This document shows, one piece after another, positions 13,378 through 25,200 of a DNA stretch of 64,000 nucleotides. The stretch lies in the NCBI GenBank assembly GCA_965644265.1, contig OZ286462.1, positions 68,882,001-68,946,000 on the forward strand, given 5' to 3'. A program made the position numbers and the translations under genes. The first letter of the stretch is position 1; each line of letters begins with the position of its first letter. Below the pieces are notes generated by a model, which ran no database searches, was not told the DNA's origin, and saw only the letters and a list, made by a program, of their open reading frames with translations. Source of the stretch: Glycera tridactyla. Lineage: Eukaryota.

Positions 13378-13520
13378 TGAGTGTCTGTGAATTCCATGAA
13401 TTTCGCTTTTTCTTGGACGCCCAGAAGGAGTATTCTTGAGTGGTCCAACCTATGCCCATTTCAAGGGCATCTTAATATACCCTAGATGGTCGTGATGGGA
13501 TGTAAAACGAACAAACAGAC
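13378..13520 (+). mobile_element. 170-bp SINE-like element, diverged
   Basis: TTGAGTGTCTGTGAATTCCATG..CCCAGAAGGAG..TAATATACCCTAGATGG..TAAAACGAACAAAC. Confidence 0.7.
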
Positions 13521-15200
13521 ATATTGTCATGCTCCAGTCAATTTGTGTGAGGACGGGGCGAGATTTGCTGAGAGTATTCCAGCTGATGTCCCAATCATCA
13601 GTCCGATTGCTTCAATATTAGATTATAGTAGAATGAAACCTTCAAGTGGTGATTAGCTCACTATCACGCTCTATTGATTGTCACTCAAGTACTGGCCAGT
13701 GAGTGGTTGAACGATTGTCAGATCGCGAAAAACCGCCGATACGGCGATCGTTAGTAGGGCCCGCATCATGGATTCAATTAACCGGGCAGTGACGCCGCCC
13801 GTATCGGAGCGCGTTACTAGCGGCTCAGTGACATCTGATGAGTGACACTACTGTAATCAAGTGCTCATCACAGAGTGTTAACTCAAGTAATCCACTCTGC
13901 TATAGTAATCCATCAGGGTAAGCCCATTACTGCTGTGAGCATTGGATGATGATGAGGGCAGGACCTCACTATAAGATGGGAGCCTTTTGGAGATTGGGAC
14001 ACTTGGGAGCTGGGGCTAGCAGCGTCCACATCAGTCCTCTCTCCATCATCCCCCGGCCTCCAGCAGTATTGAGCATAGCTATTGTATACCATGCATTACT
14101 ATGTTCCAATAAATAAGTAAGATGTTGCCAGGACTACTTGTTGGAGTTATACCTTATTGAATTCTAAGTATCATCAGGATTACTACCTCATCACTACCTC
14201 ATCTGGCCTCTCACTATAGCCTATCCTGAGATTGACTCGATCCCCAAGTAAGGAATACGACCTCACAATTGCATCCATGCACAATGCAAAGGTATCACGA
14301 TATAGCCCATCTGGTGCTCATCAAACAACCAACGAACCGTCCTAACAGTTATTGAATCGCTTGCCAGAGGCACATGAGGATCTCTATTCCACTCAGACTG
14401 AAAGGAAGTGTGCGTCAGGAGAAAGGCAGATCCATGAATGGATTCCTGAGTGGCCAGAATCAAGTGGAGATGCAGCTACATCATATGCCCTGGGTTAAGT
14501 AGCTCTCAACTACTCACGGCAACGCAACCAACACAATCTTATGCTCCACCTTCACATGTTTCAAGACAGCACAAATCGTGACCTATACAATGACATGTAC
14601 CCCTAGACATTTATTGGTTACCCGGCGGATGACCAACATGATTTATGTAGAAGAGTGGTGTTTTCCCTCTCCCCTCAACAAGCCAGAGTTTCCATGGCCG
14701 AGGGAATATGTCGCTTCTACCCTGCCATTGAATGTATATTCAAAACATTCAAAATTTCGGTATTCTACATGACTGTTAAAAAACTGTATTTTTTATCTTG
14801 AGACATGGATAGATTTCCAAGAGATGTTCATCCAGATTAAGGCTGGTTGATTCTTTGTTTCACATGCCATGAGCACTGTTTGGGCTTTATTTCGATACTC
14901 ATGAAAGAAGCAGAAATAAATCGGAAATAAACCAATAGCCATTTACACGTATATGTTTGATTCTCTATTGTAGGTGTCACCAGCTTGCTGACCTATCTGT
15001 CTGTCTACATGAAGCAGTTGGGTTTGTCACCCTCTGAGACGGCCATCATTTTTGGCATATTGCCATTTCTTGAAGCCTTGGTCAAACCCAGCCTCGGTAG
15101 TATAGCTGATAAACTACAGTGCCAAAAGCATGCTATCATGATCTGTTGTATTATCAGTAGTGTCTTTGTTGGGTTACTTTATTTTGTACCACCAGTTGCC

Positions 15201-15366
15201 ATCCCCTGAAATGACACTTTCGTGTCTGTGATTTTCATATCATTTCACCTTCCGTTTGGGACCCAGAAGGAGAAGTCTTGGAAGATCCCACCCATGCCCA
15301 TTGCATGGGCGTCACAATATAGCCCAGATGGTGCTGACGTGACGTTAAACCACAACCAACCAACCA
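15201..15366 (+). mobile_element. 170-bp SINE-like element inserted in a coding exon, 13-bp TSD
   Basis: ACCACCAGTTGCC at 15188-15200 and 15367-15379. Removing the insert and one TSD copy restores PPVA-KNPRDIFKIKMNLVC, colinear with copies 3 and 4. Confidence 0.95.
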
Positions 15367-18300
15367 ACCACCAGTTGCCAAAAATCCACGTGACATATTC
15401 AAAATCAAGATGAACCTTGTTTGTTCACCGGAAGGGTCCTGGGTGACATACTGCCCAACTCTCCACAGTGAAGTAGATTGCAATATATTTGCTAGTAGTT
15501 CATATTCACATTACATACAATGCAATCTGCAATGTGATTTCAGTTATGAATCAATTGACTTGGTCTCTATGTGTGCTGCTCCATCACATTCAGTGAACAA
15601 TTTTAGTTGTTTCAGCAATGATGTAAACAGTGAAATCGATCTCATAAACATATCTAGTGAGACAAATCGGATATCTGATTTGCAGTTTGGCAATTCCACC
15701 TCACAAGTCTGCCATACATACAACATATCTAATTTTATAATTGATGATACCAGTCATCAGTATCTAAACTGTAGTGAGGATATCCACTTGCCATGCTTTT
15801 TACAGTGCAATAAACAGCTGCATACTGATTTATATCCAGAATGTGATATGTTGGATAGTAAACCAAAGAAGTTTGGTCAGACCTTCTGGTTGTGCGGACC
15901 ATTACTCTCAATTGGAAGTTTGGGATATGCACCAGTTCCCACTCTGCTGGACGGCATGACATATACTTTTCTTGGCGAGGAGCAAACTGAATGAGGTGAA
16001 CAGCGACTGTGGGGCACAATAGGTTTCATGTTACTTGGAGTTTCCTCAGGACTTGTGATGGATGTTTTTAGTGAGAGCAGTTCTCACATCAACTACATGC
16101 CCTGTTTCATTATCTATACAATCTTTTGCTTTTTGGTAGGGTGTATTGCCTATACTCACAGCAGTATTGCTTGTTCACAAATGAAGAACATTGGCACACT
16201 GCTCCGAAGGCTTGATGTTGTATGCTTGATTCTGGTAACTGTTGTATTTGTGTTCAATGGTGTGATCATGACATTTCTGTTCTGGCATCTTCAAAGACTT
16301 GGTGCTTCACAGCTGCTGTTGGGTTTGACCATGGCGTTTTCATGTCTACTTGAGGTACCTGCATTGTTCTATGCCGGCAGAGTTATACAAGTCATAGGTG
16401 AGGTAAGTTCTGCTTTGAACCAATATCTTTTCTTGCCTATATCGAACAGAGGACCCTTGTTTGATGATGATTGGTCACATTTCACACAAGTGTAGCAAAT
16501 TGCATACATGGACTCTGTTAACAGAGACCCTATATATGACAACAAAAGTGGTTTCATGAGACTGTTAGTCTCTTTTTCTTGAGTCCTGTGTTCGATCAAA
16601 TAGAAAGAGGTTTGCACACAATGTAATCAGGGCGCTACATTTAATTCTTCATTAGTTGATCCTCAGGCAGGTGGAGTGGTATTTCGCTTGCCCTCACCAT
16701 CTTCCTTGCCTGGCATCTTGCATATAATCATTGACTAATTATCCCTCACCCCAAACAGAGGTGGGAAGGCATAGGGAAGTCTCTCTCCATGACACTTGAC
16801 CATGGATGTATGACCTTGACCTACAATATCGTGTGACATGCACTGTGTCCAATGCCCATTTTGGCTATGTAGATTAGAATGGGCATATCACTTTGCTCCT
16901 ATACCCCTGACCTTGTGGCAGTTGCGGTGTCCACCGTGTTGATGCCATACTGCTCATTTTGGGTATGTGCAATGCCTCTGAGGCGTAGGTGTTCATAGGC
17001 ATGTCACTTTTCCCCTTTGAGACCACTCTATATGTCATCAAGATGAGGTCTCCTATAAGACGCGGGCTCTTGTCAGAGCTATATTCCACTCAATCAAATA
17101 GACGAGATGCCCTCTCAATGTTATCTGCTATTGGAGGTGGTCTCTTGTTGGGGATCCCTTGTCATGGGCTCCTCTGCATTATGTCTTGTTATGGAAAGTT
17201 AGATAGTTTGACTTTAGATGTTTTCCTAATTTCACATTACCATAATGTGTTTCAGATGGGCTGTGTACATTTGGTCTGTATTGCCTACTTTCTATGGTTC
17301 CTTGGTTACTCACTTCTGAGTGATCCATTGTGGGTGCTGGCCATTGAGCCTCTGCATTGCATTACAATCAGTCTGATGCTTTCAGCGGTGACTTCATATT
17401 GCCATCAGATTGCCCCACCTGGCATGCGTGACACCACCCAGGGCTTCATAAGTGGACTCCTCTTTGGCTTTGGTGAGTATATTTTGCACTCCATGAAAAG
17501 AATTTGACCAGGAACCACTTCTCATCGATCTCTTGATAGGTACCCTAAAACAGACATGATGATGAATAGTGGGATCTGCAAAGGAAGACTCCAATGAGCG
17601 ACTAATTCTGACTTACCATTTTTTCAAGGTGGCTCTTTTTGACATAGTCAAATATACGAACGTTGACCAAAAAGAAACCACCTCTTTTGAGAGACTGCAT
17701 TTTGGTGAAGTCCAGGGCAGTTACATCCTAGGTTGCACTATATCTCAATTTATGTACTGATATCCAAGCTATCAGCCAACATGAAAAGATTCTATCATTA
17801 TCACTTGCTTTCTAACAAATTCCAGCAGCGATTTTGAAGCCATCCCCTCAAATCCATAAATTCTATTCACAGAGTTGTTGGGACACAGAGATATTGCTTG
17901 GCTCAGAAACAAGATGTCATCCTTTCAGTTGTGAACTTATGACCAAAGACCAAAATCGCTGAGCCAAAATGGCTGAATGCCTCATAACTGACAGATGCAT
18001 TTCATATCTGAATATGTCAATTTCTGTTTTGTGAATAATTATATTTTTCAACTAATTTCGGTCAGGTCGCTTGTAATGTTAAAGTCCAAATCTCTTGGGA
18101 GTTCTGGTCTCAATCCACTAGCAACATCTGAGTTGGTTTCCAAGAAATGTCATTGAGTCAAGAGGCAAATCTTGAAATATATACACTTGAACATATCTTC
18201 GAAGAGCATTCTAGGTCACATTGGAAAGTGGACTCTAGTGGACAGGTGGCCTCCATGGAAAGGTTGTTTATCATCTGCTCTGTTTAGTTTACAGAATACA

Positions 18301-19986
18301 CAATGCAGAATACAGAATACAAACTTTATTTATTGGCTCTTGCCACAGAATTGAGCATACATCCTCTGGGCTCGAGCGACGACAGATAATGACGGTTGCA
18401 AATATAGCATAACTCCCAGTTTGTGACTCAAATATGGAATACGTTCTGATGTTTTCCGACCTGGTATTGAAAAAATATCTAGTCAGTATCGATATGCTAA
18501 TCCAAAATGAAACAGAAAAAAGCAATTGACAATGGTAATAAGGGGTACAAAAAGCATGCTGTTTCCTTCTACAAAGTACGAATACCCTTGGATGGGAATA
18601 GCTGATAATATATCTTACATACCAATTTCGAGAGGAAGGCTTGCACACAATTGTAGATGATAAGAAAGAGAGTACTGATTATAAACATGTCTACAGGCAG
18701 AACGAGTAATGGTTCACATGACGGCAGAGAGCACAAGTCAATATGCCGGTATCAGCATATCAGCAGTTTTTTCGACTTCATCGCAGAACTTTGAGAAATA
18801 TGTTGGTTGTCTACTTTTGACATCAGAAACTCGATTTGGAAGGGGGGGGGGGGTGAGAAGATGGAGCAGAAATTTACTTTCCTTTGTGCCTTAAACTCAT
18901 CTGCCCAGAACAGAATAAAGTGTTGGTATATATTCAGAGGTAATGGACACAAAATATTCAGTAAAGTCAGCAGAAATTACAGTGAGAGTGAGGGAGACAG
19001 TCCTGGACAAGAGATAAATGGTCTCAAGAAACAGGCTCATCTGAAGACAGGTCTAAGAAATGTGGTCTCATTGTTGATTCAGATGCAAAAAGCAGGTCAA
19101 ATTCGATGTCATCATATATTTGGTTCTGTGATATCTGGATGAGTGTCTCTGCTCGCCGGTCCTAGATTTGACATCATGTATATCAGATTATATAAATACT
19201 TTAGCATCTCAATCTATTATGATTGTTTAAGGTTATTAAGTTTTTGGAAGTTGATTGCACATTTTTCTTGCCTTTGCAGGCATGGGATGTGGCTCATTAC
19301 TTGGTGGTATACTGCCCGAGAACTATGGTGCTTATGTGACTTTCACAAGCCAGAGTATGGTGACAATAGTCCTCCTTGTGTTTCATGGAGCGTCCCAGGT
19401 ACACCAACGTTGGTGCACAGCTTAAGATGTCAGTACTAGTGTTGAACAAGGTGCAGATGCGGAAAGAGAAATTACAGAGGAGAAAGGTATTGAGATATGG
19501 TTGAATTCATGAAGTTGGAACAGCATGCTGGTCATTCCCGCCATGTCTGCGACCAGCAAATTGTTACATACGGGTACTAGAGTGTAACAAGTGATGAGGG
19601 AGGAGCACCTAGCACTGTTACCAGCTGTATGATGGATGCATATATTTAGCTCAATCTTGTCTCATTCCTATATCTTCATTGCAAATGAATGTATTTAAAC
19701 AACTTTTCCAGAAAAAATGCCTACAACAATATGTGCGGGTGATTCTACATGACATTGAGTTGAGGCATAAACAAAAGGCATGAAAAATGATGATAAGAGA
19801 TTGAACTCGTCGAACCCAGGTGTGAATGCTAATCCTAACTTGTGGGGGCATGGGGTTACGTATGACATGTAGGGAGTGAGTTCATGTTCTGTTTATGCAA
19901 ACCAGAAATAAGACATCCACAAATATTGTTTTATATGGAATCGTAAAAGAAATGCGTCAAAATTTAAAATCTGACCCAGTCAACAG

Positions 19987-20419
19987 TAGTGTTCTGCCGA
20001 TCGATGTAAAGATCGATTTAATCGACGATTCTGGGTGCCGATCCGATTAATCGGCGCTCATTTTTGGGATCGATTAAAAATCGCTATTTTTCCTAGAACA
20101 TAACATATCATAAAGATTCGGCGAATATTCGTCGTATCTTTTTGTAGTTTTATCGTTTTGTCCTTCTATATGACATGAATAGAACCCGAGGGATACATTT
20201 ATTGAATGCATCATTGATATTTCACAAGCCACCGGCGTTTGTTTGCCAAAATACCTGATCATCGCCCATCAGATGACCCTTCCTAGCGAAAACCTGTCTA
20301 ATGTCCATGTCAATATCTGGGGTTTCCCATTCCAAGAAATGAACGATCTGAGATCGATCATCGCTCGCTGACGATGCCGATTAATCGATCCTGGTTTTCG
20401 GCACCGAGTCCGAACACTA
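19987..20419. mobile_element. hAT-superfamily non-autonomous element (MITE)
   Basis: TIR TAGTGTTC..GAACACTA. Perfect 8-bp TSD GTCAACAG at 19979-19986 and 20420-20427. Subterminal repeated GATCGAT/CCGATTAATCG motifs at both ends. Confidence 0.85.
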
Positions 20420-20539
20420 GTCAACAGGGGCCCCACGAGGGTTTGATATCCCAGCATCACGGACACATGTACATTTATTCGCATGGATATATTTAAGAAG
20501 TGCTCACTGATCTAGTGTGTTACTAAACACCTTTGTAGT

Positions 20540-20692
20540 CCACATGTAAAAATTGGCCACTGTGGCATTGATATCTTGGACAGAGCAGCATGACGAGAAT
20601 TTCAATGCACATTAGAATTCATGGATATGCATAACTATCCCTCATGGGTAGTTCATGTGTGCAAATTGGTCACTGTTGCATCAATATCTTGG
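20540..20692 (+). repeat. ~130-150-bp tandem array (HINE-like core), left part
   Basis: Units start AAATTGGCCACTGTGGC at 20550 and 20663; the array continues after the LTR element. Confidence 0.6.
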
Positions 20693-21837
20693 TGTCACCG
20701 TGTTTTCTTCGCCAAATATGGTTGAATATTTGTGAAGCAGTGATGTTCGTTGTTTAGAAGAAGGGCCCAGTGCCAAACTGTCAAACTAGTACAGACAACA
20801 AACCTCTTTGGTAACTTTCACAAAGAAAAATATATTATCCACAAAGTTACAGGGCTATTTACAAGTACACAAAGCAAGAGCAACAATCAATGGCAAAAAT
20901 AGGAGTTCACAGATCATTCATGCAGACAAACTGGATATATGGAACCTTACCAGCACTGCCTAATATATGACCTCACAGGTCTGAAACACAGCCAATTATT
21001 GTCCACCTATTGTCCTGAAACCAGGTACTCCTTGGTGAAATGCTGGCCCAGCTACGTAATCCACAGTGCAAGAATACTCTTAGTCCATATAGTCCAGAAG
21101 GATTGTCTGTTGAAGGATGCCGCGTCAACGTAAGTTTCCTCCAGGAATGACGCTCCTATCTGTCAGTAGCTCCCGACGACCGTTGTACCAGGTACTCCCA
21201 ACGCACACAGCTACAGAGATCCTGATGACCAGTCACTTGAACCAAGTCACACAGACTTCCAGGGATGGCTACAGTCTTCACACAGAATGTGCTGAAGTCA
21301 CACAGACTTCCGAAGATAACTGCAATCCTCACACAGAAGATGCCTGCTCACTGTGAGAATCCTTGGTAGCAGCCTTAACACACAGTACAGGCTTGAACCG
21401 TATCCACTCAACTTGCCACTACACACAGTACAGGCATAAACGGTTTCCACAAGAATTCTGACCGAACCCACTCTGGGCACCTGTATATATAGGAGAGTTG
21501 ATTTCCAGAAAGTGCTGGTCTGATACAGTACACCCTGGCATGTTACAATAGATTCCACTGCTGAGTGGAAGATTCCCATCTAGACAGTTCTAGACTGGCA
21601 TTAAGCACCATAGATTACTGCAGAAGTTTCTATCATTTCATGGAACATGACACTTCTTGGAAAAGGGGTGACAGATTGGTAGCTACACACACTGCTGGGA
21701 TGACCTAATTACCTGACTCCCCTCACATCAATACTTGGACTCATGCCAAGCTGGGAGTTGTTTACTCAATGATCATCTATACAGTACATTCATCAAATGT
21801 AAACAAAACAACAATTCATCAAGGGCACTCTGTGACA
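20693..21837 (-). repeat. 3' LTR
   Basis: Direct repeat of 26709-27853 (offset 6016). Only two substitutions noticed by eye (GACTGGCA/GACTAGCA; GCTGGGAG/GCTGAGAG). Confidence 0.97.
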
Positions 21838-21840
21838 CAA

Positions 21841-21850
21841 CCCCCCATTT
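21841..21850 (-). promoter_or_regulatory. Polypurine tract
   Basis: Minus strand AAATGGGGGG, 3 nt upstream of the 3' LTR. Confidence 0.8.
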
Positions 21851-21923
21851 CAAGAGTAATGCAATTGCTCAAAGGCTTCACAGAGTGCACTGACAACAAC
21901 ATAATTTCAACATAAATTCAATA

Positions 21924-22243
21924 TATCCTACTCATATAATCAGCACCTACATTGTCTGCTCCTTTGATTGCTTCAATGTGAATCTGATAACTTTGGAGAA
22001 ACAATGCCCACCGCATGATTTTGTCATTTGACAGTTTACACTTGTTGATATAGACAAGAGGTTGATGATCTGTTTGCAGATATCCTGTATCCTACTCATA
22101 TAATCAGCACCTACATTGTCTGCTCCTTTGATTGCTTCAATGTGAATCTGATAACTTTGGAGAAACAATGCCCACCGCATGATTTTGTCATTTGACAGTT
22201 TACACTTGTTGATATAGACAAGAGGTTGATGATCTGTTTGCAG
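21924..22243 (-). repeat. 156-bp tandem duplication of the pol 3' end
   Basis: 21924-22079 equals 22088-22243, separated by the 8-bp spacer ATATCCTG. Confidence 0.95.
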
Positions 22244-25200
22244 GGTGAATCTTCTCCCATACAGATACACTTGGAACTTTTTCACTGCCCAGACAATAGC
22301 CAAACATTCTCTTTCCATGGTTGAATACCTTTGTTCTCTGGGAAGCAGTTTCTTGCTCGCGTAGGCGATCGGAAAGGTTCCATCATCAAACTCTTGTAAC
22401 AACACTGCACCCATACCAAAATTGGATGCATCAGTACGCAGAATGAACTCCCTACTGAAGTCGGGCAATCGCAGAATGGGTTTTGACAACAGCATCTGCT
22501 TCAAGGTCTGGAATGCCCGTTCCTGTGGTTCCTCCCACTGAACTCGATTAGGCTGTCCACCCTTTGTCAAGTCTGTTAGTGGAGCAGCAATTGTTGCATA
22601 GTTTGGAATGTATGACCGGTAGTAACCTGCCAACCCTAAGAAAGACCTAACCTGCTTTTTGGTGGCAGGTCTGACAGCATTTCTGATTTTGTCAACATTA
22701 TCATCATGCAATTTCAGTTCGTCACCATTCACTGTGTGTCCCAGAAACTGGACCTGTCTGCAACCAATTTCACACTTGGATGGGCGGATTGTGAATCCAG
22801 CATCACGGATTTGCTGGAATAACTTTACCAAGGTTGCAACATGATCTTCCCAACTCTTGGTGTGAACCAGAATGTCATCAACATAGAAATCAACATTATC
22901 GATTTTGCCCAACATTTTTCTCATCATTCTGTTGAATGTTGCAGCGGAATTCATCATACCAAAAGGCATTCTTGTGAACACATATGAACCACTTGGTGTT
23001 ACAAATGCAGTCTTTGGTATATCCTCCTTGCGAACAGCGATTTGCCAATACCCTTTGCTGAGGTCAATCTTTGTGAAATACTTCTCACCATGTAACCTGG
23101 CAAATATATCATCTGCATTAGACATGGGTTCTGGATCAAACACTGTCACCTTATTGAGACCCCTGAAGTCGATGCACACTCTTACGCTACCATCTTTCTT
23201 TCTAACCATCACAGGAGGAGATACATATGGAGAATCAGACTTCTCAATCACACCATACTTCAGCATTGTATCTACCTCTTTCTCTAGCTGGCCTCTGACA
23301 GTATATGGAAGAGGATAAGTCTTTGATCTAATGGGTTTGTCAGTTGTGGTCTCAACCTTGTGTTCAACTAAGCTAGTGAACCCTGGATTGTCAGTAAAAA
23401 TGTCACAAAAATCATCAACTAACCTTCGAACATCTTCCTTCTGCTCATTTGACAATGCTGGGTTGACACACACATCTTTAGCAGTCTCAGTACCACCAAT
23501 ATTACCCAACTCAAGTAAATTCTCATCATCAACAGAACAGTCGTAATCATCACAATCAGGTGGCTCAATCACAGCTACCGCAGCCACATCCATCACACAT
23601 GCACCAACCTTTTGCGACATCTCACTGCCATGTGGGTGATACTGCCTGAGGAGATTTATGTGGTATGTCTTCACGTCACCCTTGACACACACTCTGTAGT
23701 CACTCAGACCAACTCTCTCTTCCACTTTGAATGGACCCTTCCACTGCATCTGCAATTTGTTGTGGTCCACTGGAAGCAAGACCAGTACGAGATCACCTGG
23801 TTTGAGGGATCGCACCCTAGCTCTCTTGTCATAGTGGTGTTTATACTTGGTCTGAGCTTGAGCTAGATTCTCATGGGCCAAGTTCAGTGTATGCTCAAGT
23901 CTCTCTCTGAGCTCAACTACATACTGATAACTATTCTTCACTTCACTTGACAACCGCTCATCTGTCCACAACTCTTTTAAGATCTGCATGGGGCCACGAA
24001 CAGTCCTACCATACAGTAACTCAAATGGGGAGAAGCCCGTGCTTTCCTGTGGAGCCTCTCTGTAGGCAAACAGCAAAGGAGTAACATACCTATCCCAATC
24101 TTTGGGCTTCTCACTAGCTAGTCTTTTCAACATTTTCTTCAATGTGCCATTGAAGTTCTCTACTAGCCCATTGCACTGAGGATGGTATGGGGTTGTAGTG
24201 AGTCTTCTTATCGAAAGAAGTCTGCTCACTTCCTGCATAACCTCAGAAACAAACTGAGATCCAAGGTCACTCAGTACCTCTTCTGGAATGCCAACTCTGC
24301 TATATATCCCTATAAGAGCCTCTGCCACAGTTTCAGTGTCAATCCTCTTCAGGGGGACTGCCTCAGGATATCGAGTGGCATAATCAATCAAAGTCAAGAC
24401 ATATCTATAACCACTGCTTGATGCCGGAGCAATGGGACCAACCAAGTCTATTGCGACTCTCTGAAATGGTGTGTCCATGAGAGGCATCCTCTGCAAGGGT
24501 GTCTTTGTTACCTTGCCTTTAGGTATTGTCTTCTGACACACATCACATGATCTACAAAATTGAGTCACATCGCCATGGATACCAGGCCAGAAGAAACTTG
24601 TTGTGATTTTGTCCAGTGTCTTGCCTGGACCCAAGTGACCACCAAATAGAGACTCATGTGCTAGACTCATGACTTGAGGCCTAAGGTCCTGTGGGATCAC
24701 AACCTGAACTCTAGCCTGACCAAAGTCAATGTCAGGTGACTGGTAAAGTCTGTACAGGATGCCACATCTGTTTTCATACCAACTCTTGGTCTGACCCTTT
24801 TCACGGACATCTCCGAGGGTTCCAATTCTGTCCAATGTGGCATCTTTCTCCTGAAGGTCTTTCAAGACATCAACAGACACTTCAACCTCTTCATCTATCT
24901 TGACCACTTTCAGTGGACTAAGAGCCTTCTTGGCTTTGGCAACCTGTGCTCTGGTCATTACTGCACAGTTCTGGCTTGGTTCTTCAGCCGTCCAACTTGG
25001 ATTGGGCCTATCAGGTGGCTGAGAGCCTGGGATGTTGCCTATAATGAGGTCATACAGTGGGTCATCCATGCACATGGCTGTAACCTGACCAACTAGATAT
25101 GGAGTGTTAACATAAACACCTGCCAAGGGGACTTTTCTGATAGTTCCATCTATTAACCTGCAGATTGAGTATTCCCCAGACATCTGCTCTGGCTGCACTA

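Larger units (their letters stand above)
12585..19486 (+). pseudogene. MFSD6: MFSD6-like copy 2, pseudogene
   Basis: Exons 12585-12660 (MACATACQVNRNVLPAKASYFSYFA), 14974-16402, 17256-17472 and 19280-19486. Lesions: upstream acceptor CAG>CTG (12536-12538); SINE in exon 2 (15201-15379 incl. TSD) giving TGA at 15207; TGG>TGA at 15992-15994; CAA>TAA at 19423-19425; 39 nt of in-frame deletions. No last exon was found. Confidence 0.9.

Noticed and set aside
20939-21579. Short ORFs duplicated at 26955-27595
   Set aside because: They are identical only because they lie in the two LTRs; no recognisable domain.
21838-21946. Possible env or extra ORF in the LTR element
   Set aside because: Only ~100 bp separate pol from the 3' LTR.
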